Shown here one piece after another: positions 20,018-31,151 of a stretch of DNA of 64,000 bases. A model generated the notes under the pieces. It was not told the origin of the DNA and made no database searches. It saw nothing but the letters and a program-made list of their open reading frames with translations. The stretch is taken from the NCBI GenBank assembly GCA_021513715.1, contig CP084167.1, positions 2,912,001 through 2,976,000 on the forward strand, written 5' to 3'. The translations under genes and the position numbers were made by a program. The stretch's first letter is position 1, and each line of letters begins with the position of its first letter. The stretch is from Candidatus Heimdallarchaeum endolithica. Its GTDB lineage: Archaea; Asgardarchaeota; Heimdallarchaeia; Heimdallarchaeales; Heimdallarchaeaceae.

Positions 20018-20230
20018 TCTTTCATCACCAATATTAGTTCTATGTGTAAGTATATTTTAATATTAATAAACTTTATTCCTAAAATATACTTTCTACTCAT
20101 TTATTGGTAATAAGATACGGGTATTTTATACATATCCTATGTTATTAATCAACTAGTAATCTCATTGATTAAAAAATGTTTTTTTTCAAATCAAACTGTG
20201 ATGTGAGAAAATTTGATTTATTGAGAAAAT

Positions 20231-21460
20231 TAGTACTTCCGCAATAAGACCTAAACCACCTCATCTTCATAGAAACTCGAATGTAAGAACCATAAGGTGA
20301 AATAGAGCGTAACAGGTTTTGAGCGTTTAAAAAAAGGTTTGTTAGACGGGGGAGTGAAAAAAGAAGGAATAACAGAAGCACGAAAATAGACATATAAAAT
20401 GAGGACGAGAAGGGAAAACAAAGGTACAAGAACCTGACGGAGGGATGATTGGTGGTTGTAGAAAAACTAATACTCTTGAGAAGGCGGTAAGAAGTCTCTA
20501 TACTCCACCTATGACAATACTCGTAGATATGCTGGTCAGAGGTGATCATCCAACTGATACAAACAAACCAATCTTTTTGCTTTGGGAGCCAATAAGCATG
20601 TAACATGACTTCCGTAGTTAGTTTCACCTTGTCCACTTCTCATCGTGTAAGGAACAGAAATTATTTTACCTGTTTTAGGAAAAGTTACCAGATAAGACTT
20701 AATCTTCTTGTTTTTCTTTCCGCGCTCCAATGACAAAAGGAATAGTGTAGGCCTGTAATAGTTTCACTACTTCAACAGAATAGAAACCTCTATCTGCATA
20801 CAACACCTTTATGCTCTTGTTTTTAAGGCTAAACTTGTCGAAAAAGTATCCCAAGAGCCCCTTTCTAGAATTAAATGTTGAAACTGGAAATGCACCCAAA
20901 GGAAGAAAACCATAGGGGATTTGACTGTTGACACCGTGATATATCGATAAAACCATTCATTTTTTTTATACTGGTGGATATACTCATCTCTTTTTTTCCC
21001 ATAATATCGTATGCCCATTGTGTCTACTGCCAATATCAATGGACTCTTTATTATCTTCTTGCTTTTTAGTAGTTCTGCACACTGCTGAAATAAGGGTTGA
21101 AAAACCTTGAAATATTTCTATTCAGTTTGTTCAGGTGGTGACGAATTGTATCTCCGTCTTTGGTCGAAAACTGTTCAGCTGACTGTTCAATAGATGTTTG
21201 GTCAACAGAACAACAGCCTCCAGAACGGTCTTTTTAACTTCCGCTTTTATTTCTACTTTTTTCTTCTGTCCTTTATGAGGGCAATCCATCTTTTTAATCA
21301 AGTGACAAACTTTTATACTTGTTTTACTATATTTTCTTGTGGGTTGAAAGTGTTTTTCAAAAAAACTTTTGATTGATTTTAATAGGTTGAAGTTACAAGT
21401 TTTCATACTATTATTGTCGGGCTTTTAACCCATAACTTTTGCGATAATTCGGAAGTACTA
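20231..21460 (-). mobile_element. Degenerate ISH3-family insertion sequence (frameshifted transposase)
   Basis: TIRs TAGTACTTCCG/CGGAAGTACTA; 6-bp TSD GAAAAT. DDE fragments LAVDT, LYADRGFYS and YxxRWSIETSYR spread over several frames. Confidence 0.9.
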
Positions 21461-21504
21461 GAAAATAAAGAAAAGAATTTAAGTTGGAGTGCAAGGAAAA
21501 GAAT

Positions 21505-21942
21505 ATGGAAAATATATCAAGGTTAAATGAAAATTGTTTTGCATGTGGAAAAAACAACCCTATTGGACCCAAATTAGAGTTTAGTATTAAATCTGAAAAT
21601 CAAGTAGAAACAAGTTTTACTCCGCCACAAGAATGGAGTGGTTGGGGGGAAATAGTTCACGGAGGATTACAAACTGTGATTCTAGATGAAATTTCGGCTT
21701 GGACGATTATTCTTCTCACTAAAAGATTTAGTTTGACGATAAAAGCAAGTGTTGAATTTTTAAGACCTTTATATGTTAATGAAAGCCTAACGGCTACAGC
21801 AAAAATTGAAAAAATTGAAGAAGGTATTATCTATGTATCTAGTGTAATTTTAAATGAGAAAAAGAAAATATGTACAAAAGGTAGATTTATTTTTAAAGAA
21901 GTTTCAGAAGAAAAACTTGCAAGTGTTGCAGTTAAAAGATAA
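21505..21942 (+). CDS. PaaI-family (hotdog) thioesterase
   Basis: CFACGKNNPIG; GIVHGG-like EIVHGGLQTVILDE. Confidence 0.9.
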   Translation: MENISRLNENCFACGKNNPIGPKLEFSIKSENQVETSFTPPQEWSGWGEIVHGGLQTVILDEISAWTIILLTKRFSLTIKASVEFLRPLYVNESLTATAKIEKIEEGIIYVSSVILNEKKKICTKGRFIFKEVSEEKLASVAVKR

Positions 21943-22080
21943 AAGATTCTCCTATATTCTTCTTATTTTTTCGTTTTTTGTAAAATTTTTTTACAATTAC
22001 AGATACTTATGAAAAATATTTATAAAAGGAATATCTTTGAATATTATTGATATGGGGTTTAGAATACATGGGGAAAATAA

Positions 22081-23511
22081 ATGAAAAACGAACAACATAA
22101 GCTACTACATAAATTTGAAGAAATGGAAATAGAACAAAAAATTGTTGAAATTGTTGAAAGTTCTATAGATAGACAAAAAGATAAATTAACAGATTTTGAA
22201 TTCTACAGTATTTTATACATTAAAGCCAGAGCTAATTTTATTCTTAGGAATTTTGAAGAAGCGAAAAAGATTATCTCTCAAATAGAAAAATGGGCATTAG
22301 ATCATAATATTGAATTACTTGTAAAAAGTAAAGTGTTAGAAGCTAATTGCTGTACTATTACAGGACAGTTGGTTGAAGCACAGAAAAATTTCGAAGAAAT
22401 TTTCACGAAATATCCTGAAATAAAGGAATTTCCTTTTTATACAAATATTATTATTAATTATGGGCACACTTTTTTCTATCAAGGTAAAATAATTGATGCA
22501 AATAGTCAATATATAAAGGCTTTAACTGTAGCAAAAGAACGAAATCTTCGCCAGGATAAAATAAAAAATAGCCTTGCTCTAACATACATTCAATTGGGTA
22601 ATTATGCAAAGGCTATAAAATTATTAGAAGAAGTCATCAAAGAAAAAGAAAGAATGAATGATTTTCAAGGATGGACAATTGCCAAAGTTAACTTAGGTTC
22701 AATATGTAGCTACTATGGTGATTTTCAAAGAGCTAATGAAAATATAGATGTTGCAATAAAATTTGCAGAAGAAAAATTGTTCATGAGAGAGCTAGCAGGA
22801 GCTCATTCAGCTAAAGGTTTGGTTTTGCTTAAAGAAAAGAAGGTGTTAAAAGCCCAACAACATTTAGAAAAAGCAAAATCCATACTTGAACAGATTAATG
22901 TTAAAGATATTCTTCCTGAAGTGTTAGTAAGGCTAGGCTTCATATTTTTTCTACTTGGTGAATATGAAAGAGTTGAAACTATTATAGATACTATTGAGAA
23001 AATTGCTGAAGAACAAAAAAGTACTCTATTCTTAGTTTGGAGTATTTGCTTAGAAACAATGGTGAAATTCGAAAAAGATCAAGATAAAAGTGCCTTAAAG
23101 CAGATTGACAAAGTTCTTGATATTTCATTAGAGTTTAACATTATTCCTGCTTTTATCCAAGCATCAATCTTAGCTCTCTATATCTATGCAGCAATTGAGG
23201 ATATTGAACAAGTAAATAAAATATCAATTCGTACTTTAAAAGTTGTTAAGGAGAAAGAGATAAAAATAGTACAAATCCAACTTTATATTATTTTAAGTTT
23301 TATAAATTTAATTTTAAATGATTATAATACACTTATGAACTACTATAATAATTTATTAAAATTAAACGAAGAAAACCTATACCCTGATGATATTAAAAAA
23401 TTAAATTGTTTTGTTGAACATAGAAGAAAGACAGGTAATTCTGTTGGTATAGATAATGAAATTCGCAATGTGCTTATTGATTTTCTTCAAAGAATAAGTC
23501 CTTGGTTTTGA
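22081..23511 (+). CDS. Tetratricopeptide repeat protein
   Basis: Repeated helical NLG/SLA..Y...G.Y..A patterns. Confidence 0.8.
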   Translation: MKNEQHKLLHKFEEMEIEQKIVEIVESSIDRQKDKLTDFEFYSILYIKARANFILRNFEEAKKIISQIEKWALDHNIELLVKSKVLEANCCTITGQLVEAQKNFEEIFTKYPEIKEFPFYTNIIINYGHTFFYQGKIIDANSQYIKALTVAKERNLRQDKIKNSLALTYIQLGNYAKAIKLLEEVIKEKERMNDFQGWTIAKVNLGSICSYYGDFQRANENIDVAIKFAEEKLFMRELAGAHSAKGLVLLKEKKVLKAQQHLEKAKSILEQINVKDILPEVLVRLGFIFFLLGEYERVETIIDTIEKIAEEQKSTLFLVWSICLETMVKFEKDQDKSALKQIDKVLDISLEFNIIPAFIQASILALYIYAAIEDIEQVNKISIRTLKVVKEKEIKIVQIQLYIILSFINLILNDYNTLMNYYNNLLKLNEENLYPDDIKKLNCFVEHRRKTGNSVGIDNEIRNVLIDFLQRISPWF

Positions 23512-23682
23512 CCTATTCTACTTTTTCTTTTTTTTTCATTCCGTCCATTCTATGCCTAAAACGTAGTTTATTACGATTAAGTTTTTTATCAGCAACATTT
23601 ATATCAAATAAAGATAATCTTATATTGTTACACTGTTGAGTATAATTTTTATCCTCATTTTGTAATTTAAAGGTGATAAAAT

Positions 23683-24102
23683 ATGTTTGATACTGTTGGT
23701 GAATGGTTAGATAAGATGGAATTAAAATATCAGAAAAATGAAGAAAAGAGAACTTTTGTTCTTCCCTATGACATTAACAATGTGAAATTTATGGTGATTA
23801 TCCTAGTCTTTCCTGAAAAATGGATAAAAATAGGTGCACTAATATTGAGAGCAGAAAAAGTTACAGAAGAAATGTATTTAGCTCTACTTCAAGAAAATTG
23901 GAACTTGTTCGAAGTTACATATTCTGTTGACGAGCAAGGTAACATTTTTTCAGAAAATGATATACCCCACACCTCTAATTATGAAAACTTTGTATCTGAA
24001 TTTCAAGCTGTAATTTTTGGTGTGATAAACTTCTTTGAGAAAATAGCTCCAAAATTCCAAGCTAAGGCAGTAGATACCTATAATTCTGAAGCATGGGTTT
24101 AG
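23683..24102 (+). CDS. YbjN-like domain protein
   Basis: Size and pattern (WL..M.L.Y; LLQENW; YSVDEQGNI). GGTGA RBS. Confidence 0.6.
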   Translation: MFDTVGEWLDKMELKYQKNEEKRTFVLPYDINNVKFMVIILVFPEKWIKIGALILRAEKVTEEMYLALLQENWNLFEVTYSVDEQGNIFSENDIPHTSNYENFVSEFQAVIFGVINFFEKIAPKFQAKAVDTYNSEAWV

Positions 24103-24134
24103 TTCTTATTTTGCTTCTTTCTTTTTTTATCTAT

Positions 24135-25370
24135 TTATTTTGGTTTTCTTATAGTTAGATAACCGAGTGAGCTGAGAAATCTTCCTATTGTAATTACAAT
24201 TAGAAGATATGTAATAGCTTTCCATTTTCCTAGTGATGTGAACATTATTTCTGCAATTAAACCAAAAATCAAAGAACCAAAGAACATAGATATTCCAAGA
24301 AAAAGGTTATATATTCCAGTATAAGTTCCTTTTTCTTCAGTAGTAGCACAATCAAGAATAAAACTATTTTGTCCTACAATAAAGATAGCGTTACTCATTC
24401 CTGAAACAGCTGAACCAATAGCTATAACCCACCAATAAGACCACCAGAGGACGGTAAAAGCAAGATTTAGAGGAATGTAAAACATGAAAACTCTACCAAA
24501 GAAGAGTAAAGTTTTTCTGGGAATTATGTTTATTATTTTGTTTACAATAAGTAATGTCAAAATTTGCGCTATACTAAAGGCTGCCCAAATAAATGTATTT
24601 TCTTGTGCGGTGGCATATTCTGCTCTAACAAAACCAAAAATAGGCCACCCAGCAGACATAAAGAAAAACATAATTGAGTTTATAAAAACGAATCTTCTAA
24701 ATTCTCTATTTTTCTTAATTGGAGCTAGTGAAAAAACAGTTTTTTCTTGAAGTTTTTTTACTGGAGGATCAAAAATGAATAGAGTTACACAAACGCTTAA
24801 TATAAATAGTAAAGCAGTAACACGTAAAATAATAGAATATTGTTTAAATGTAGTATCTCCTAAACTTCCTATTTGCCCAACAACCAAGAGAGAAGAAAGT
24901 GTGGCTATCGCTCCAACTATAGTAATCATACTGATTAGCCCTGCTCTATTATCTCTATTTGTCAAATCACCTTGTAAGGCAGTAAAAGCAGGATAGTAAA
25001 TGGCATATCCAAATGAAAAAATAATTACAGCAATTAGAAGAACCCAACCTTTTGAAATTAAAGGAAAGAAAAAAAGAGCTAGTCCAGAAAATAGAAAACC
25101 AAAAATTAGCATTACCCTTCTACCGATTCTGTCAGATATTCTTCCAAAAGTTGATTGAAAAATTTGCTGAATAAGGTTTCTGCTTGAAGTAATCAAAGAT
25201 ATAGTAGCTGGAGAAGAACCAATTATAACAGCAAAGAGTTCAATAAAAAGCCTAGCAATAAAACTAGCAGCTGTTCCAAAGCCTGTAATAAGGTAAAGAA
25301 CTGTTTTACTGAGATTTGAAGAAGAATAGAATGTTCTGTATCTAGCATAAATTTTTTTGAAATCAGCCAT
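24135..25370 (-). CDS. MFS transporter
   Basis: GRISDRIGRR motif A; about 12 TM helices. Confidence 0.9.
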   Translation of the reverse strand: MADFKKIYARYRTFYSSSNLSKTVLYLITGFGTAASFIARLFIELFAVIIGSSPATISLITSSRNLIQQIFQSTFGRISDRIGRRVMLIFGFLFSGLALFFFPLISKGWVLLIAVIIFSFGYAIYYPAFTALQGDLTNRDNRAGLISMITIVGAIATLSSLLVVGQIGSLGDTTFKQYSIILRVTALLFILSVCVTLFIFDPPVKKLQEKTVFSLAPIKKNREFRRFVFINSIMFFFMSAGWPIFGFVRAEYATAQENTFIWAAFSIAQILTLLIVNKIINIIPRKTLLFFGRVFMFYIPLNLAFTVLWWSYWWVIAIGSAVSGMSNAIFIVGQNSFILDCATTEEKGTYTGIYNLFLGISMFFGSLIFGLIAEIMFTSLGKWKAITYLLIVITIGRFLSSLGYLTIRKPK

Positions 25371-25477
25371 TATTCCATAAATAAGAAAATTGTTTTTAAA
25401 TTTAAGTTTTCACAACTTATTAATCAACGATTTGAAAGTTCTTGTTGTTAAACCTATAAGTATTTATTCAATTCTTT

Positions 25478-26626
25478 CTATTTATCCTTTTTCTTTTCAA
25501 CATAGGAATAGAAGATTGTATCTATTTTATTTAGTATTGTTAGAATTTTTTCTAAGTTAATTTTCATTAAGGAATTGTCAGACATATTTAATTCAGTTTC
25601 AAAAACTAATACTTGAATAGGATTCCGTAGTCCATCAATAAGAATTTCTAAATAATCATAACTATTCTCTAGAAAAGAAAACATTTTGTTAGTTTTATCT
25701 TTTTCAACTTTTATTTCCTTATTTCTAGATTTTAACTTAATCTTAATATTGAATATTCTAAAGGTGAAATATGAAATTATTATAGCTGCAAATCCCAAAA
25801 AAATTTTTAAGAATAGAATTAAGTGGTTTTCTTCAGTCTCGAAATAGTTTCTTAGAATATCGTAATAGGCTGAATCTTTATCTTGTTTAAGTTCAGAGAG
25901 ATACTGATCTATTGTTCCAAGTAAATAATACTTATTTAAATTATCTTTTCCTGAAGAAAATCTCAAACTAAGAGGGTTAAAAATTATATCTAACTCTCGA
26001 ATTTTTGAATTTCTCAATTTATCATCATAAAATAAATTATTTACAACTCCTGCATCTAACTTGTTCTTATCTTCTAAATCTGCAACTAAGTCATCATAGT
26101 CTTGATACTCTATAAAAGAACTTTCTATTTTGTATTCATTGAGCAAGTCCTTAATTCCATTTTTACTTTTATAGAGAGGATCATCAACTACAACTCCTAT
26201 TCTTTTATGATGAAGATCAAAAATTGAGTTTATTTCAGAACTAGTTGTTACTACTACTCCCATAGTTGATATAACAGTTTCATTGTTAAATTCTAGATTA
26301 TTATCTGTATCAAAAGAGTAGTCTACTGCTGGAATAATATCAATCTCATTACAAATTGTTTTATTATATATATCTGAAAAATTTCCAAAATAATAATTGA
26401 TTTTCCAATTTACTTTTAAACCAATATATTCGATCAGATCAATAAAAATCCCTTTTATTGAATCATCTTCTTTAAATGAAAAGGGAGGATAATTGTAAAT
26501 ACCTATAGAGACTTCTGTTTGATTGACATCAAAGTTGATTGAGGATACATTATTGTAACCTATAGGATATATAAAGAGACAAACAATAAGAAAAAAAATA
26601 AAAGGTTTCTTTTTGGATAGATTCAT
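25478..26626 (-). CDS. Sensor protein: extracellular PBP (SBP_bac_3-like) domain, TM, truncated HisKA-like tail
   Basis: YPPFSF...GIFIDL; TM helix; DGLRNPIQV resembles the HisKA H-box but lacks His; no HATPase domain. Confidence 0.7.
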   Translation of the reverse strand: MNLSKKKPFIFFLIVCLFIYPIGYNNVSSINFDVNQTEVSIGIYNYPPFSFKEDDSIKGIFIDLIEYIGLKVNWKINYYFGNFSDIYNKTICNEIDIIPAVDYSFDTDNNLEFNNETVISTMGVVVTTSSEINSIFDLHHKRIGVVVDDPLYKSKNGIKDLLNEYKIESSFIEYQDYDDLVADLEDKNKLDAGVVNNLFYDDKLRNSKIRELDIIFNPLSLRFSSGKDNLNKYYLLGTIDQYLSELKQDKDSAYYDILRNYFETEENHLILFLKIFLGFAAIIISYFTFRIFNIKIKLKSRNKEIKVEKDKTNKMFSFLENSYDYLEILIDGLRNPIQVLVFETELNMSDNSLMKINLEKILTILNKIDTIFYSYVEKKKDK

Positions 26627-26717
26627 TCCTAAAACACGATTAGAATATATTATTATGTTATAATATAGTTGTTCATCTTAATAAAAATTATGCTGTGTCA
26701 ATTTTTGAACTTTAAAA

Positions 26718-26827
26718 TAGTACTTCCGCAATAAGTTGACCGATTTCTATAGGTTAAAATTATAGGCGTTCATACTATCATTGGCGTGTTCTCAATTCAT
26801 ACTTTTTGAGATAATTCGGAAATACTA
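26718..26827. mobile_element. 110-bp MITE derived from an ISH3-family IS (copy 2)
   Basis: Near-identical to 18151-18260, with one change in the right TIR (CGGAAATACTA); no clean TSD. Confidence 0.9.
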
Positions 26828-27145
26828 TATAAAAAAGTTCTTTACTAAAATGATTTAAAGTATTTGTGAAATTAAATTAAGGCAAAAAATATTTGGAAAT
26901 CGAAATATATGAAATTGATTCCTTTACTAAAGAAATATAAATTTATTACTAATACATTATATTAGTTACTGCTGTAATAGTTACTGCTCTAACAACGAAC
27001 TCGGTTAATAACTTTATTTTTCATAATTTGCAATTAAACTTTTTATGTAATCCTATTTTATGCCAACTATATTATCACTTAAAAACAAAATTTGTCATAT
27101 GATAATATTTATTTTTTTAGTATTAATAGTATTAATCGATAATAA

Positions 27146-27484
27146 ATGAAAATTTTAATCGTAGACGATGATGAAAATATTCGATTTATTTTTTCTAAAG
27201 TGTTACAAGATTATTGTATTAAAACAGCAACTAATGGTTTAGAAGCTTTTGAAATTTCGATATCTTGGAATCCTGATTTAATATTAATGGATATTCGTAT
27301 GCCTAAAATGAGTGGTATTGAAGCAGCAATAAAAATTAAAAATATTAACAAAAATCAGAAAATCATTGGAATTTCAGCTTATAGTGAAATAGAAACTGAA
27401 CATTTGGAAAACAATCCATTTACTACTTTTCTAAGAAAACCAATATCAATTAATCAATTACGTGAAGAAGTGAAAAAGTATTAA
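27146..27484 (+). CDS. Single-domain response regulator (receiver)
   Basis: ILIVDDD, DLILMDIRMP, SAY, KP motifs. Confidence 0.92.
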   Translation: MKILIVDDDENIRFIFSKVLQDYCIKTATNGLEAFEISISWNPDLILMDIRMPKMSGIEAAIKIKNINKNQKIIGISAYSEIETEHLENNPFTTFLRKPISINQLREEVKKY

Positions 27485-28138
27485 CAACATAATAAATTTG
27501 TGTAGTTAAATTTTTATCTAAATTTCTTAACAAACTTGGTTCTTTATTGAAAGAATAGTAATTAATCTTTATAAGATGCGAGTAGCTCAGTATTACTATT
27601 CCTTTAAACTATAAAATATGTTGATACGAAGTGTATCTTAATCTTTAATAATGATAAAGAGAAAAGTATAAAATTAACAAAGAGGGAAACAATTGGAATT
27701 GCTAGGTATAAACTTTTTACCTTCAATCGAAATATCCTTGAAAAGAAAAGAAAGAATCAAAGAAAGTAAAAGTCAACTAGTTTTAGGATATCATGAAGAG
27801 CTTTTTTTACATTTTTGTCAAATTAAAAAATTGGTGTTTAAATAGTGAAAAGACATTATTAATGTAGAGAGTGAAAAAAAAGATAGATGTTAAGAAAAAT
27901 ACTTACTCTCTAAGCTGGCACAACGTGTCAGGATAAAAAAAACATGCGCATAAAGAAAGAAATCAAAGAAAAGTTGAATACGACTTAACTTTCCCGTGTG
28001 AGAGGATTTATTCATCCAGTTTCCACGGTGGAGGAGTGCTCAACCTTCTCCTCTGGCTCAATGAGTGTTTAGATCTCCCTCCTAGACAGATCTTTCCGAG
28101 AGCAAGATTGGCGTACAAAAATATTGTACAAAAATTAA

Positions 28139-28330
28139 GTTGATGAAGAAAAAATAGCTCTTAAACTTAAAGAAATACTTAGTTGGATTGAACCTTATGG
28201 AAAAATATGTTTCTTGCTCTCTGATAGAAATTCTATGTTTGCATATAGATCCGTTCCTGCTCTATACTATAACCAAGTAGAAAACCTCTTTTCTCTAGTA
28301 TTTCTGTTTCTCTTGACATGTATAAACTAA
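28139..28330 (+). pseudogene. Possible relic of a class II glutamine amidotransferase (YafJ-like)
   Basis: Start-less frame translates ...YGKICFLLSDRNSMFAYRS, resembling NFLLSDG..LFAY. Confidence 0.35.
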
Positions 28331-28562
28331 ATTTACATACTAAAAATCTGAAAAACTTAATTCTCATTTCTTTATCACCAAAGGAGGGAAAAAATTGGTC
28401 TTTGATGGAAAGAGGAAAAGTCTATTGTTTTTGTGGTGGTGAAGATATAAGAAACAAAGAAAAAATCTATTGGAGATAGTATGTTTTTTATATCAACCTT
28501 AAAAAATAAACTGGCTTTTAATAAAAACCATATTGTAGAAAAAAAAAGAAATGAATTTGAGG

Positions 28563-29687
28563 TTACCAGATATAGAATAATGCTGTATTACCATCAAATT
28601 CTTGAGGTGCATCTCCACCATGGTTTTTTGGGTAGTTTGCAAAAGCGTAATCAAAGACGTCTTCCATTGGAGTTGCTGTGTCTCCATTATAGTGTCCTAT
28701 TAGACTAAATTCAAGGAAATAGTATGTCCACATTCCATTTTGGTGCTCTGAGTCATCATATCCGTATCCTCTTTGTGTGCAAGTAGTAGTAAGATAAACA
28801 TGTTCACTATTTGGCATGTTCATCAAATCATCTCCAAACCCTCCAGAGTAGCAATGGTCTAAGAAAACGAAAATTCTATCTGCAACAGCATTGTCTAAAA
28901 TTGCTGCTAGTTCTGTGTCATATAGACTTCCATCTTCTCCATTTTCACCCGCATTTTCGTCCCACATGCAGAGGAATGAAGAACCTCTTCCATCCCCAGA
29001 TCCATGCCCACTACTGATAAATGCAATTACATCATCACTATCTGCTGATGCAACCATGTCTTGTAAGGCTTGCTTTACATTGTACTCTGTAGCTAACCCA
29101 TCATATTTTGGATAGTTATTTGAATGCCCATCACCGAGAACAACAATGTGTTCGTATCCAATTCCATGTAAATAGTTATACCAATCTGTTGCATCCTCAT
29201 CACAGTAAGAAAGATCACTTATTGCTTTATAGTCACTAATACCAACTAAAACTGCCCAGTGTTCTACTCCAGTAGGTGGAGGTGGAGGTGCATTATTTGC
29301 AACTGTTACAGAGATGGTGTCAGAACCAGTTTTTCCACCACTATCAGTGGCAATAGCTTCAATTGTGTGAGAGGCATCAGTATAAGTTGTTGTGTCCCAG
29401 TCATATTGATTTGCATGTACAATGAATACATCATCTATATAGATGTCTGCAATGAGATCCCCATCTTCCTTATCTGTGGCTGTGACTAAAATAGTAACAA
29501 CTCCACTAACTGTATCTCCATTAGATGGAGAATCAATGGACACTGTAGGAGCTTTATTTCGACCTGGTGGAGCAGGAGGTTTTGCTCTCACATTAGCCTG
29601 AGTTTGTAATGGTATCATAGTAGTAAAAAAAGCTACGATCACCAAAACTGTAAATACTGTTATCTTTTTTTTCATTTTTTTCACCAA
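28563..29687 (-). CDS. Secreted caspase-family (clan CD) cysteine protease with Ig-like domain
   Basis: Signal peptide; Big-like domain (PTVSIDSPSNG); AVLVGISDY; His-Cys dyad SSGHG / DHCYSGG. Confidence 0.85.
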   Translation of the reverse strand: MVKKMKKKITVFTVLVIVAFFTTMIPLQTQANVRAKPPAPPGRNKAPTVSIDSPSNGDTVSGVVTILVTATDKEDGDLIADIYIDDVFIVHANQYDWDTTTYTDASHTIEAIATDSGGKTGSDTISVTVANNAPPPPPTGVEHWAVLVGISDYKAISDLSYCDEDATDWYNYLHGIGYEHIVVLGDGHSNNYPKYDGLATEYNVKQALQDMVASADSDDVIAFISSGHGSGDGRGSSFLCMWDENAGENGEDGSLYDTELAAILDNAVADRIFVFLDHCYSGGFGDDLMNMPNSEHVYLTTTCTQRGYGYDDSEHQNGMWTYYFLEFSLIGHYNGDTATPMEDVFDYAFANYPKNHGGDAPQEFDGNTALFYIW

Positions 29688-29886
29688 ATAAACTTGGTTG
29701 ATTGAAATTATTTAAACTATTATTTAAATACTATGTTAAAATTATTTCAAATCTTTATTAACTAGTAATGCATAAAAGTAAAAAAGATGGTTTACAAGGT
29801 AAAAGAACTGTTATGATAAAAGATCATTTGAATCCAAATTTGAAGCAACGAAAATAATATTTTATTTTTTTTTTAAAAAAAAAGAG

Positions 29887-30906
29887 TTATGGGGCTTGAA
29901 TTAGACCATAACCAAATTCTGGATCCCAACCAGGTTCTCCAAGATCTAATGCATTGTTGATTAACCAATCTTTAACTGTTGCAGGATCTCTTTGTCCACC
30001 CATTGCTAAATAGAGAGCAACTAAACCACTTACATGTGGGCAAGCCATGGATGTACCAGAGAGCGTATCATAACCTCCGTTTTTGTAGGTGGAATAAATA
30101 CTGACTCCAGGAGCAGCAAAATCTAGAAATGGACCAGAGTTTGAGAAACTGGCAATTGTATCGTCTTTGTCTGTTGCTCCAACAGCTATAACTTCATCGT
30201 ATGCTGCTGGCCAACTGTATTCATCAGTTGTTCCATCACCATCACCCTCATTTCCTGCAGCTGCTACAATAGTAATTCCTGAATTATAGGCATCTATAAT
30301 TGCATTGTGAACATCTTCACCAGGGTCTCCAGAAGCACCAAGTGACATGCTAATAACATCAGCATCGTCTTCTGTACCAACAACACCATCAGGTCCTTCC
30401 ATTGCAAGATATATTCCTGTGATTAAATCATCCCAATCTCCACGACCGCCAGCTCCTAGAACCTTTATGGCATAGATTTGGACATTAGCATACATACCTA
30501 CTACTCCATTGTTGTCTCGAATAGCTCCTATTGTTCCAGCTACGTGAGTTCCATGACCATTTTTATCATCAGGATCTCCTCCTCCTGTAGCGTCAACAGC
30601 CCAAGCAATATTTGGCATTAAGTCTGGATGATCTAAATCGATACCCGAATCCAGAATAGCTACTTGAACTGCAGTTGTATATTGGTCACCATAATAAGCA
30701 CCATTAAAAACTCGTTCGATACCCCACGGAGTCTCTGGATCATCATCTTGCCAATCATAAGTTGTATCATCTCCTCCTCCAAATAGCCAATCAGGAGGAC
30801 CAGCAAGTGCGAAGGATTGTTTAGCGTAACTTGAAATGGGTACAGCGATTAGACCTAGTATTAGGGTTGCTAGTAATATACTTTTTATGCTTTTCATTTT
30901 TATCAC
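29887..30906 (-). CDS. Secreted subtilisin-like S8 serine protease
   Basis: VAILDSG, HGTHVAG, AAGN, GTSMACPHV catalytic motifs; signal peptide. Confidence 0.95.
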   Translation of the reverse strand: MIKMKSIKSILLATLILGLIAVPISSYAKQSFALAGPPDWLFGGGDDTTYDWQDDDPETPWGIERVFNGAYYGDQYTTAVQVAILDSGIDLDHPDLMPNIAWAVDATGGGDPDDKNGHGTHVAGTIGAIRDNNGVVGMYANVQIYAIKVLGAGGRGDWDDLITGIYLAMEGPDGVVGTEDDADVISMSLGASGDPGEDVHNAIIDAYNSGITIVAAAGNEGDGDGTTDEYSWPAAYDEVIAVGATDKDDTIASFSNSGPFLDFAAPGVSIYSTYKNGGYDTLSGTSMACPHVSGLVALYLAMGGQRDPATVKDWLINNALDLGEPGWDPEFGYGLIQAP

Positions 30907-31151
30907 TTTTTTATATGGTTGTGTTCAACCAAAAGAAAGTTCATATTATCTTATAAAAATATTGTGTCAAATTTTTATTATGGCGTGCAAATATGAAAAT
31001 ACGGCGCACTTACTTGCCTTAGTTTAACAAATTGTTTGCCTTACAAGTTTCTGAAAAAAGGAGTTTAATTACGGGGTGACAGTTGTTTTTTGATAACTGC
31101 AAAAAAGTTGGTTGAGACAAAGGGATAAAAATATAAATATTAATTTGAAAT

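Noticed and set aside
28481-28708. Short ORFs overlapping the 3' end of the caspase-like gene
   Set aside because: Shadow or alternate-frame ORFs of a well-supported gene; the same applies to other short antisense ORFs inside pyk, aor, thermosome, dppBC and adh.
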